A DNA stretch of 37,598 bases, taken from positions 45,133,561 through 45,171,158 of the forward strand of contig NC_068991.1 of the NCBI RefSeq assembly GCF_001194135.2, read 5' to 3'. The notes under the pieces were generated by a model. It saw only the letters and a program-made list of their open reading frames with translations, had not been told where the DNA came from and made no database searches. Each line of letters starts with the position of its first letter. Within the stretch, counting starts at the first letter, position 1. Source of the stretch: Octopus bimaculoides (Eukaryota). Of the stretch, positions 10,824 to 22,426 are shown piece after piece. A program made the translations under genes and the position numbers.

Positions 10824-10931
10824 TTATGCAAAACTAAAAGAAATTTATTTTGTCGATTGCCGATTCTTAACGGCTTGAAATTCTTGTTTTACATAATAAT
10901 GCAAATCTCTGGATTTTAATGAAATACTAGG
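10824..10931 (+). other. Candidate non-coding (UTR/lncRNA) or poison exon
   Basis: A long pyrimidine tract ends in ttcttccag (10822-10823) and a G|GTAAGT donor follows at 10932. The 108 nt contain stops in all three frames. Confidence 0.3.
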
Positions 10932-11902
10932 GTAAGTTTGCATTTGATTTTCTGACTGAACAACTATAGGTATATTTATGTTGGTTTCATAACAGTTTGA
11001 AACTTTTCATCATTAGACCTATATAAGTTTTGACGGTGGAATCAGTGTTTCTTGACACATTTGCACGATATATGATACACGATGGAAATAACTAAACTAT
11101 TTAAAAGTTCAGTTCTATATTTAAGAGAAGAGGAATTATGTGCATTATTTACATTATTTACATTATTTACATTCAGCGGATATTTGTCCTCATCTTGTTT
11201 GTTGTTAACAAAAGTTGTGTCATATATAAATGCAATTAAATTTTGCAGTAAGAATGACGACATTTATTGCGTATGGAGACCGACGTTCTAACTCGATACA
11301 GTTAATATTCTACTCGAAAGTTTATGAATTTATGGAAAAGTCGGAGAGAAGTACCAAAGAGTATCACTTTTGGTAACAAAGCATATTAGTAGGGGATTTA
11401 AGCATATAACAGATAAGTATCTCAATAAAAAAATTAGTTAAGAGAGTGGGACTGAGCAGAAATGGTGGGCAACTTGATGGTTTAGAGAGACAAAATCTTC
11501 TAGAGTAACATTAAAAGAGACAGAACTATGTCAGTGTGCTACTTCTGGTCGTACTTGTCATTGCGTTGATCTAAAATAGCACTCAATGAACGGATATGAA
11601 GTCAAAGGTACTCAAAAATTGACCGACTCTTCCTCTGTAGTCCTCTGTGCATCAGGGACTATACTATAAAAACTTTGAAACTAACAGTCATCAGTGGAGA
11701 TGTTGCAGTCTTTTCCCATCGTCGTCTATATATTACATATGATGTTATATAAATATCTATGTATTATATATATATTAAATATATATATTGTTCGTCGAAT
11801 TACCCGTTCACGAGCCACAGGGGCGAGTACACTTAGCTTGTTGGAATCCTATAGGTGATGTTGCATCTTGTTTCAGTCTGTTATGTTTCGTTAGATGTTC
11901 TT

Positions 11903-11905
<3 letters not shown>

Positions 11906-11934
<29 letters not shown>

Positions 11935-12546
11935 NNNNNNNNNNNNNNNNNNNNNNNNNNNNNNNNNNNNNNNNNNNNNNNNNNNNNNNNNNNNNNNNNN
12001 NNNNNNNNNNNNNNNNNNNNNNNNNNNNNNNNNNNNNNNNNNNNNNNNNNNNNNNNNNNNNNNNNNNNNNNNNNNNNNNNNNNNNNNNNNNNNNNNNNNN
12101 NNNNNNNNNNNNNNNNNNNNNNNNNNNNNNNNNNNNNNNNNNNNNNNNNNNNNNNNNNNNNNNNNNNNNNNNNNNNNNNNNNNNNNNNNNNNNNNNNNNN
12201 NNNNNNNNNNNNNNNNNNNNNNNNNNNNNNNNNNNNNNNNNNNNNNNNNNNNNNNNNNNNNNNNNNNNNNNNNNNNNNNNNNNNNNNNNNNNNNNNNNNN
12301 NNNNNNNNNNNNNNNNNNNNNNNNNNNNNNNNNNNNNNNNNNNNNNNNNNNNNNNNNNNNNNNNNNNNNNNNNNNNNNNNNNNNNNNNNNNNNNNNNNNN
12401 NNNNNNNNNNNNNNNNNNNNNNNNNNNNNNNNNNNNNNNNNNNNNNNNNNNNNNNNNNNNNNNNNNNNNNNNNNNNNNNNNNNNNNNNNNNNNNNNNNNN
12501 NNNNNNNNNNNNNNNNNNNNNNNNNNNNNNNNNNNNNNNNNNNNNN

Positions 12547-12600
<54 letters not shown>
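11906..12600. repeat. (CT)n - gap 11935-12546 - (AG)n
   Basis: Directly visible. Confidence 0.9.
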
Positions 12601-12603
<3 letters not shown>

Positions 12604-12979
12604 TTGGTTGGCTGATTGCGTTACTGCTGAACTCGTGCTTATTGGTCAATATGCAGAGGAGACTGGGAAGTGTTTTTGGATGGTGTACAAAATATACTGA
12701 AATATGCTAATGTCTAACAAAATGTATTTACTTCTTTTTATTTCGAAGCTGTCTTCTGTCATCTGTAAGTAACACAGTAGATTTAATTTGCACCAACATC
12801 TGCACGAAATAGGTTATCGATATATTCGACCATGTCCCAAAACAAGCTAAATCATGGCGGCTCAGGATGCAATGACGATCGAATTGACCATCTAGATATA
12901 TATTTGTATAAATATATATGTTTGTATGCATACACGCACACACACACACACACACACATACACACACATATTTAAGCAG

Positions 12980-13010
<31 letters not shown>

Positions 13011-13047
13011 TACATTTCCATAAATATATATGTACATAAATGCCGTT

Positions 13048-13086
<39 letters not shown>

Positions 13087-13289
13087 AAGGGAGACATCTG
13101 GTATATATTTCAAAGTATTTTAAAATCAGAAATCAAAAGCATACAACTAGAGTACATGCATGTGTCTCTGAAATATGAATGATATATATCTAAAATCGGA
13201 TTTTGTATTTGCATTCCTTCACACATCCTGGACATGCTTTGCTCGTTTTGTATTTATGCAGAATATCCGTTGTACTATGGACACAAAAC

Positions 13290-13489
13290 TTGAAAATGTG
13301 AGGAGAGGGGGAGCGACTAGTCGATAACATCAACATCAGTGTTCAACTCGGATACTTGTTTTATCAACCCCGAAAGAATGAAGAGAAAAGTCGACCCTAA
13401 TAGAATTTGAAATCAGAACGTAAAGACGGACGAAATGCTGCTAACCATTTTGCCCGGCATACTAACGATTCTGCCAATTTGCGGCCTTA
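13290..13489 (-). mobile_element. Near full-length tRNA-derived SINE, family A
   Basis: Reverse complement has a tRNA-like head (ttaaggccgcaaattggcagaatcgttagtatgccgggc), a B-box-like gttctgatttcaaattc, and the family core. Confidence 0.85.
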
Positions 13490-13627
13490 ATATTTATTTA
13501 TGCTGAAACTCTTAAACATCACATAAGATTTTTTATGTTTTGGACAGCCATTAATCGTTCTGAAGATTAGTCTATTAATTTTACTTCTCGCCACACTCGT
13601 ATTCATGGGTGTACACACGCATATGCA

Positions 13628-13659
<32 letters not shown>

Positions 13660-13660
13660 C

Positions 13661-13714
<54 letters not shown>

Positions 13715-13744
13715 TCTATATATGTCACTAAGATTAATAGTTTA

Positions 13745-14075
13745 TATAATAATTGTAAAGAGAAGATTGAGTGGATTATGTCACCCTCTATGATAAATAC
13801 TAATAATGTAACCATAATCAAGTTGTGAGTTCGGAAGGTGGAAGAAGAGTAGATAGATTCCGCTCTAATATACCGAAGTCTGGAAAGAATAATATAGTCT
13901 GGTATAATGTTCCTTTCAATTGTGCTATATCTATCGTCATATATAATAAATTTATGGCAATCTTAGATAAAAGCTTCCCTGCATCCCATAGATATAATGA
14001 AATATTTTCCCATAAGACAATTAGAATATCAGATTCTATACTCCCCATCATAGCCAGGTTTAAAATAAATTTACA
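13745..14075 (+). pseudogene. Penelope-like element fragment (RT thumb to endonuclease linker)
   Basis: NNIVWYNVPFN...FMAILDKSFPASHRYNEIFSHKTIRISDS matches the PLE linker pattern NIIWFNPP...L.DKHFP..H...IFN..T...SYS. Confidence 0.75.
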
Positions 14076-14134
14076 GAAAACAAAAGAGGAAGACAAACAG
14101 GTATATTAGTTTGACGTTCGGAAAGAATGGAAAA

Positions 14135-14171
14135 GTCCTTGACGTTTCAAGTCTACGCTCGACAGAAAGGC
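14135..14171 (-). ncRNA. Decayed minimal hammerhead-like relic in a pLTR-like segment
   Basis: Minus strand CCTT(T)-CTGTCGA-GCGTAGACTT-GAAA-CG-TC-AAGG: short stem I, palindromic ACGT stem III, GUC site. Core and stem II are mutated. Confidence 0.3.
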
Positions 14172-14335
14172 TGAAAGGGAAAAAATGGACAGAGAACGAA
14201 AAAAAAAAGCGGAGAGAGAAAATGTGATGTAGAGACTAATGGTTCAACATTATATATATATTCTGTACTAGTTGCGGATCGAGAGCTGCAGCCATGCTGG
14301 ACACGAACGTTTATATGCACGTATTATATATGTGC

Positions 14336-14412
14336 GAATGGTGATGTAATATCTGTAATGTAACTAACAAAATTACGAAACAGCTATGAACGAATGAAAT
14401 AGCTATCCATTC
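14336..14412 (+). ncRNA. Decayed type I hammerhead-like relic
   Basis: Stem I GAATG/CATTC, stem II GTAAT/ATTAC, GAAA, stem III AGCTAT/ATAGCT and TC at 14406-14407. The core reads GTGAT instead of CTGATGA. Confidence 0.4.
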
Positions 14413-14597
14413 TCTCACCGCACTCATCTTCTCCATTCTATTCATATACATTCTCTCCGCAATTGTAACTCGTGGATTTTGAGAACAATGTGAAGGTTTA
14501 TCCTAACCTCAACCATAATCATACTTTTTAGCCATGCACTTGATGGAGAGATGATTGTGAGATGTCTTGAAATCTTTGAATCACTATCTATGATATA

Positions 14598-14634
<37 letters not shown>

Positions 14635-14635
<1 letters not shown>

Positions 14636-14908
14636 CTACGGCACTCAGTCGGTTACGACGACGAGGGTTGCAGTTGATCCAATCAACGGAATAGCCTGTT
14701 CGTGAAATTAACATGTAAGTGGTTGAGTACCCCACAGACACGTGCACCCTTAACGTAGTTCTCGGGGAGATTCAGCATGACCCTTTGAAATACAGGTACA
14801 ACAGAAACAGGAAGAAAGAGTGAAAGTTGCGGTGGAAGAGTACAGCAGGGTTTGCCACCGACCTCTGCCGCAGCCTCGTGGAGCTTCAAGTATTTTCACT
14901 CAATAAAT
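14635..14908 (+). mobile_element. SINE-like dispersed repeat, family C
   Basis: GC-richer non-coding block. Its cacagacacgtgcacccttaacgtagttctcgggg segment recurs degraded at about 37345-37390. Confidence 0.65.
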
Positions 14909-15254
14909 NNNNNNNNNNNNNNNNNNNNNNNNNNNNNNNNNNNNNNNNNNNNNNNNNNNNNNNNNNNNNNNNNNNNNNNNNNNNNNNNNNNNNNNNNNNN
15001 NNNNNNNNNNNNNNNNNNNNNNNNNNNNNNNNNNNNNNNNNNNNNNNNNNNNNNNNNNNNNNNNNNNNNNNNNNNNNNNNNNNNNNNNNNNNNNNNNNNN
15101 NNNNNNNNNNNNNNNNNNNNNNNNNNNNNNNNNNNNNNNNNNNNNNNNNNNNNNNNNNNNNNNNNNNNNNNNNNNNNNNNNNNNNNNNNNNNNNNNNNNN
15201 NNNNNNNNNNNNNNNNNNNNNNNNNNNNNNNNNNNNNNNNNNNNNNNNNNNNGT

Positions 15255-15860
15255 ATATTTGAAAAAGGAAAAAGTACTTCACTGGTAGTTCTAATCAGTT
15301 TAATTTATTATTTTTTACATTTTTTAGTAATATAAATTTTACGCTTTAGTTGGTAGAACTAGTAAGTTCTTTGTTAATTTGCGTAGGGAAATGTTTTTCT
15401 TTTAAATTCCTTGTTAATTCTTCTGGAGAACTTTCTTGCATTCGTTGTCAAACAGATATGTGTGTTAAGGGTATTGTGATTCTATATATGGGATTTGGGT
15501 GTGTTTGGGGTCGGGGCTTGTTAATCAGTATGGATATGAAAGGGCGTTGATGAATAAGAGCTGATTGGAAATAGTGAAGGGTCAAAACAAGATAATTGAT
15601 TGGGGTGGAGTTGGGAGGTGGTGGGTGTTAAAGGAGTGCTTTATGAAACCATTTGAATAGTTGAACTTTGGTGAGAGATATAATGATCCGGTGTTTTTCC
15701 AAATTCTTTCTCTTAGTAATTTTCTATGTTTTAGGTGTGTGTCTGGGGTGGTGGTGTTAATGAGTTGTAAGATACATGTCTTTTGATAAAAATGTTTGTT
15801 GATAGAAATGTTTTTTATATATTGGTTTGGGAGGGGAGGTGGGTGAGATCATGCTAGCTC
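15255..15860 (-). mobile_element. Highly degraded Penelope-like RT/thumb fragment
   Basis: Minus strand shows PKHTQIPY, resembling the PLE HP.H....IPYS thumb motif. Many stops. Confidence 0.45.
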
Positions 15861-15904
15861 ACATATTTACTTCCCTACATATAATAGACAAAAAGTATAT
15901 ATAC

Positions 15905-15908
<4 letters not shown>

Positions 15909-15952
<44 letters not shown>

Positions 15953-16560
15953 ATATATATATATATATATACATACACACACATATATATATATAAATGC
16001 ACATATATCTATTTACACACACACACATATACATATATATATACACACACATGCACGGATATACTCATACATACACACGCATATATACATACATATGCAT
16101 ACACACACATACATACCTACATACACATACACATATATCCACATACACATACATACACACACACATACATGCACTCACACATAAATATCCCTTCCAACTC
16201 ACATGAACCCACACTTCTGCACATGTACCCACCACCACCACCACCACCACCACCACCACCATAGCCGTCCAACGCCCGCTTTCCATGTGGATGCTAAACA
16301 ACGACGACGACGATGGATGCACGTGCAAATATATGGGCATATATGAAGTAGAAAAATACACACGCGTGGGTATGTGTGTGCATATGCATATTTATACACA
16401 TATATCCACACACGTGTATATCTACATGTATGTAAACTTACACATGTGTATGTATCACACCCGTATATTTACATATACCTAAATACACATGCACGCTCAC
16501 GCACGCTCACGCACGCGCACGCACGCACGCACGCGCACGCACGCGCACACACACATGTTT
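15909..16560. repeat. Compound (CT)n/(TA)n/(CA)n/(CCA)n/(GCAC)n microsatellite region
   Basis: Directly visible. Confidence 0.9.
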
Positions 16561-16961
16561 ACGTATCTACACTGATCAAGTATTTACGTTCACATATGTA
16601 TCGACATTACTCAAGTATTTAAGTTCACATGTACATTGTGGAGGAGAGGGGTTGGTGAAATGGTAGTTACCTCTGAGGGTTGTTATTCTCTACAACGATC
16701 GAATGATTGAATGTGTGTGTCATCCACTTCCATTTGGATATATATATTTATATATAAAAAAGGAGAGGATCCCATTATTTTTCGGTGTGGTTGGAATATC
16801 ATTTTTTGTGTTCTGTAATGGTCAGTACTTCATGGTGGAGAATTCTTTTATATATTTCCGGAAATGCTCGTTGTCCACCCATAACTTAGAGCAGGGGAAG
16901 ATTGTGAATTTTTCCTTTCCGCATGATGCGAAGTGTCCACTGAAAGTGGTCATATATATAT

Positions 16962-17530
16962 ATAAAATTTGAGGGTAAGTTATGGACGAGGTTCGACACC
17001 CCTGATAATTTTGATACTGCTATGGGCTCGAGCGATTCAGGTCAGATTACTGATTTAGTTGGTGCGTATTTCTTAAAGTGCCTTAGTAATGAAATTCCTG
17101 AATTGAAGGGTGATCTGTATAGGGACGATGCTTTATTCATTATTTCTAGTAATAATAAATCAGTCATAGAAAGAATGGGGAAAGAAATTAGAAAATATTT
17201 CAAAAGCTTCAACTTAGGAACCACTTTCGAACATGGCACAGAGGTGGTTAACTTCTTAGACACTACTTTAGATATTAACTCAGGCTTATACTACACCTAC
17301 AGGAAACCGGATTAAGTCACGGAATATGTGAACAAATCTTCTACTCATCCCCCTAATATATTGAAATCAGCAGTTAAGGGTATTTCAAGAAGAATTGCGG
17401 AATTATCAGCTAATACAGACATTTTCAATGTTTACTACCACTACTATAACTTCGCTCTGTCTAAGGCAGGATATAACCAGGAGATTACATTTCTTAGTCC
17501 AGAAAGTATAACACCTAATAATAATAATAA
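16962..17530 (+). pseudogene. Penelope-like reverse transcriptase fragment
   Basis: FDTAMGSSDSGQITDLVG, LYRDDAL (catalytic YRDD), VNFLDTTLD, YRKPD, YVNKSSTHPPNILK. One in-frame TAA at 17313-17315. Confidence 0.9.
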
Positions 17531-17536
17531 TGAGAA

Positions 17537-18665
17537 TTTATATACTCTCCTTCATTTTCTACAATGGTCGTCCGTCTATCTGGTAACCTTGCAAGGCCCC
17601 TTTTTCCAAAATTCACGTATCCGTGACGAAAAATATCTCTCCAGTACTGTTCTGACCTCATCTACAGAATCCATATTTTTTCCGTCCAAATGATTTTGAA
17701 AACTGCGAAATAATTGAGAATCAGATGGAGCAATGTCTGGCGAATATGGTGGCTGGGGCATCGTTTCCCATTCAAACTGCTCTAGCCTTTGGAATGTCAT
17801 TCTCACTGTATGTGACCAGGCATTATCCTGATGGAAGAACACCTTTCATCTTGAAACGAAAGATGGTCGTTTTTCTTCTAGCGCTGACGTAAGCCGCTCA
17901 AACTGATTGCAGTAGCTTTCCTTTTTTATCGTTTAGTTTGGGTTTAAAAGTTCAAAGTGAACTAAGCCTTTCATATCCCACCAAACAGATATTACCTTAC
18001 GTGGGCGAAGACCTTCCTTATCCTGGAATGCCAGTGTTTTTCCTCTCCCTACCTACTGTCTTTGGCGCTTCCCATTTTTATAGAGAACCCAAAAACCAAG
18101 ACAGGCTCATTCGTGAGACGTGACAGCAAAGAAAAGCACACATTCACTCTCTGCGCGCGATTAAACTCAGAAAGTTTGTGAGGAACCTATTGACCCAATT
18201 TGATGACTTTTTCGATGACATGCAGGTGTCGAAGAATGGTTCAATGAGCAAATCTAAGCTTCTCCGCTAGTTCCTCAACAATTACGATAGATTTTGTTCC
18301 ACCAGGGTTTGAAAGACGTCCTCGTCGAGCTCTACAGATCTTCCAGGACGAGGCTCGCCCTTTAGGCTGTAATTTCTAGAACCACCATTGACACTGGTTT
18401 ATGCTTATAGTCCGTTGCGTTGTTGCCTTTATTGAACTCATGAAGCAAAATATACCGAATACGCTCCTTTGTCACTTCCATTATACCTTTGAAAAAATAG
18501 CTGTTAAAATCGAACTGCGCTCTTCAAGACGTGCTCTAAGAATATGGCAAGGTAAAATTACTACCTGCTTTTACAGTAAGTTGGTGCATGTAGCTTATCC
18601 CATCCCCCTCCGACTCTTAGTTCACGCAATTGAAAAAACCGCATTATTTATGGGATGACCCAATA
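17537..18665 (-). mobile_element. Decayed mariner transposon lacking its 3' TIR
   Basis: 5' TIR tattgggtcatcccataaataatgcgg at about 18639-18665, MEVTKERIRYILLHEF start at 18481, WWDMKG, HQDNA, PPYSPDIAPSD. Confidence 0.9.
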
Positions 18666-19445
18666 TATATAGGTATATAAGTGTGTGTGCGTATGTATAT
18701 ATATATATATATATATATNNNNNNNNNNNNNNCGTGTATAACTTGCAAATTCCGAAATCGCGAGACAAAAAATTAGAAACAATATATTTCCGCACAACAG
18801 AAGTTTGTACGTCATAATGGATGACATCTGAGATAACACTATCCCCACGATATATATTTATCACTAACTGTATTGAAACGACACCACAGTAGTCGAAATG
18901 TGGTTGCACTGCCTACTTGAAATAACAGATAGATTTCTTTTAAATCGTACTTGAAAATGACATCTTAGCAATTACAAGACATAAGTTAATGAAGTCTCGA
19001 AGTAAATATCGGATGGCAGTCATTGTTACAACGTTTTCTTTTTTCATAGAACTACTTTCTTTATAAACCACTTGAGACTTAACAGCAATAACAACAACTA
19101 CAACGACGAGAAAACTACCAACAACAGTAATAACAGTAAAAAAAATTGAACATTTAACATTTAAAAATTCTTGAGGCGATCCGTACTTTGTAAAGTCACT
19201 GAATCCATCCAGATAACCTTTGATCCATTATGATACGCTAGCATTTTTTCAAGTTCGTTTTGTACAGCTCACAATTGCCGTCACACAAAGGAATGAGAGA
19301 GTCACTTCGTTGTCGTTCGAATATTTGGAAATAAGCGCAATATACCATGCTGTCTTAAAAGAAATAAATTGAAAAGGAATATTAGTTAACGTTTTCTAAA
19401 ATAATCAATGGATGGAAAAGATATTTCTACAAAAACCATGCATAC

Positions 19446-19517
19446 ATGTGTGTGTGTGTATGTCTATTTGTGCGTATGTGCTTGCATATAAATGTATATG
19501 CAAGTTTGTATATATGT

Positions 19518-19561
<44 letters not shown>

Positions 19562-19600
19562 GTGTGTGTGTAGTATGCATGTATACAGCTATGTGCACAT
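19446..19600. repeat. (TG)n-rich microsatellite
   Basis: Directly visible. Confidence 0.9.
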
Positions 19601-19606
19601 GTGTAT

Positions 19607-22189
19607 TCTTCTTGGCTTGGCTTCGCGAACGAAGATTAGGAAGGCTGTCCACGTCGTCTGCAGGCACGTTCATGACTGACAAGTCCGATGCGAGAATGGC
19701 AGTTTCGTGAGCAGTGTCCACCGACGAAGGTAACATCCGGTGTGGTGTCAGAGGTGGCTCGGCCCTCCTCCTGCGTCTTGTGTCCTTACGAGCGTCTCTT
19801 CTGTGTTCTTCAAACTCGTTGACCGCGTTGAAGATCGTGTGGTGCCAGGCATCACGGTCCGCAGCCAGGTCTGTCTAGCATTGGTGGTCAACATGACATG
19901 TGGTGAGATACTTTTTGAGGCAGTTTTTGTAGCGTTTCCTCGGGGCTCAGCTCTCATGGTGGCCGGTGGAGAGTTCGCCAAACAAGGAAATTTTAGGAAG
20001 GCGATGGTTCTCCATTCTAAAGACATGCCCTGCCAATCGGAGGTGGTACTTCAGTAGCATGGCTTCAATGCTGGGGATCTCGGCCTGCTCCAAAACTTCA
20101 GTATTTGTGACGAAGTCACTCCAGTGAATGTTGAGGATGGCGCGGAGACATCGCTGGTGGAAGCGCTCGAAGAGACGGATGTGACAGTGGTAGGTGACCC
20201 AGGTCTCCGGGCCGTAGAGGAGAGTGGTGAAAATCACGGCCCTGTAGACGCTGATCCTTGTTCTTCATGTTATTATTGTGCCAAACACGTTTCTACAATC
20301 TGCTAAAAGAGCTATTTGCCTTAGAGAGTCTATTGTCAATTTTCTTATCGATTCTTGCATCGGATGAGAGGATGCAGCCCAGGTATGTGAACTGCTGTGT
20401 TGATTTTAGTTCGGTACCGCAGAGTGTGATGTCGGGTGGGTGGTATGCCTCTTGGGGTGCAGGCCGGTGAAGTATTTCCGTCTTCTTGAGGCTGACCTTC
20501 GGCCAAAGAGCCGCGAGGTGTCCGCAAAGCAGAACGTGATGCGCTGCAGAGCTCGCTCTGCGTGGGCGACGAGAGCAGCGTCGTCTGCGAAAAGAAGGTC
20601 TCGGATCAGCCTCTCCTGGGTCTTGGTGTGGGCTTGGAGGCGCTGTAGATTGAAGAGACTGCCATCCAGACGGTACCTGATATACACCCCATCCCCATCC
20701 TCCAGATCTTCAGTTGCATGGTTTGATCATCATGCTGAAGATGCTGAAGAGAGTCGGTGCCAGGACACGACCCTGCTTCACGCCGTTGGAGATGGGGAAG
20801 GGCTCCGACAGGTCACCGTTGAGTCTGATCTGGCCACGCTGGTTCTCGTGTACCTGAATCACCATCTGTAGAAACTTAATGGGACAGCCAAGTCGTTCCA
20901 GGATGAGCCATAGTCCTGTCCTGCTCAGTGTGTCAAATACTTTTGTGAGTTCGACAAAAGTAGCGTAGAGTCCCCCTGTTTTGTTCTCAGCTCTTCTCCT
21001 GAAGTTGGCGGTGGGCGAACACCATATCCGTTGTGCCTCTATTGGCTCTGAAGGCCACACTGGCTCTCGGGGAGGTTTTCTTCAGCGATGGCTGGTACGA
21101 GCCTGTTGAGCAGGATCCTGGCAAGTACTTTGCCAGCAATGGAGAGTAGGGTGATTCCCCGGTAGTTGGAGCAGTCAGACTTTTCACCCTTGTTCTTGTA
21201 CAGGGTTATTATGACGGCGTCGTGAAGAGTCTGTGACAGCTTGCTCTGCTCTCAGCAGCAGACAAGAAAATCAAGGAGCTTGTCATGGAGCGTCGGACCT
21301 CCATTCTTCCAGATTTCTGGTGGGATGCCGTCAACTCCTGCTGCTTTGCGACTCTTGAATTGTCCTGTGGCTTCAGTCGTCTCTTCGAGGGTAGGTAGTT
21401 CATCGAGCTCCTCTTTGAGTGAAAGTTGAGGAACGCGATGGATGGCAGCGTCCTGTACGGTACGGTTAGCACTGAAGAGGCTTTAGAAGTGCTCGGACCA
21501 GCGAGCAAGGATGGAGGTGTTTTCGGGGAGGAGTTCCTGTCCATCTGAACTGCACCGGGGACTCTAGACCTGGTGGATGGGGCCATGCACTGCTTTCAGA
21601 GCCTCATAGAAGCCTCTATAGTCTCCGAGGTCAGCGCACAGCCAGGTGGTACCCCCAGTCGTTCTGTATTTCTCTGAGTTTGCACTGTAGGGTGCTGCAT
21701 GCGCGTCGAAAAGTTGCTTTCTGTACAGGACAGGCTGGTTGTGTGAGGTGGGGCTGATGAGCTTCCCTCTTCCTTGCTAGTAATTCCTGGATGTCCTTCT
21801 CATTATCATCGAACCAGTCCTTGTTTTTCTTCTTTGTGTGCCAAGAACTTCCTCAGATGTCTTAAGGATGGCTGATTTCAGATTCTCCTACAAGATGTCT
21901 GGGGTGGTGTCATCAGTGCAAGGGGATTCGTCTAGCTTTTGCTGCAGGTCTGCTTGGAACTTGACTTTCACTCCCTCCCGGCACAGGCTGTCGACGTTGA
22001 GTTTCTTTACGGGGTTACCTTTCTTCTTGGGTTTGGGTTTGAGCTGCAGCTTGAGCTTGCAGTGGACAAGGCGATGGTCAGTGTAGCACTCTGCGCTGGG
22101 CATCACTCTTTTGTGTAGAACATCTTTCAGGTCCCGCTGGCGCACAAGCACATAGTCAAGTAGATGCCAATGTTTGGACCGAGGATGCA
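19607..22189 (-). mobile_element. 5'-truncated RTE-clade (BovB-like) LINE with end of the APE endonuclease, RT and 3' tail; frameshifted
   Basis: MHPRSKHWHLLDYVLVR...DHRLV, GVKQGRVLAPTLFSIF, LLFADDAAL, LYGPETW, GHVFRM, and a 3' ...gccaagccaagaagaa tail. GC-rich relative to the flanks. Confidence 0.95.
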
Positions 22190-22328
22190 AAGTGACAAAT
22201 ATACTTCACGTTGCCGTGCAGCTACTGTTTATACCTCGTTCAGAGATTTATTATTGTTAGTTTACACTTTTTCGAGATCAGTGAATTTTTGTCACTGGAA
22301 AAAGGATATATGTATTTGCAATAGAAAC

Positions 22329-22426
22329 TCTTCGCATCGAAGATCGGTGATTGTCGTACGCTGACGAACGGTAAATACCTAGAAACCCGGGTCCGTGCGT
22401 ATCACGTCAGATCGACGATGAGAAGG
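22329..22426 (+). ncRNA. Type I hammerhead ribozyme-like RNA with extended stem I
   Basis: CTGACGA 22361-22367, GGT/ACC stem II with AAAT loop, GAAA 22382-22385, palindromic ACCCGGGT stem III, GTC with predicted cleavage after 22393. Stem I CGTACG/CGTGCG extends through GTGAT/ATCAC, GATC/GATC, CATCG/CGATG and CTTC/GAAG. Confidence 0.75.

Noticed and set aside
11885-11905. Minus-strand CTGAAGA...GAAA
   Set aside because: No stem II and no NUH in register.
13420-13489. tRNA gene
   Set aside because: The tRNA-like A/B boxes are SINE heads continuous with the SINE body, and no cloverleaf is evident.
18940-19227. 95-codon stop-free minus frame with a hydrophobic Val-rich stretch
   Set aside because: The hydrophobic part is the reverse complement of a (CAA)-rich repeat tail. 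No start codon near its beginning and no convincing splice sites.
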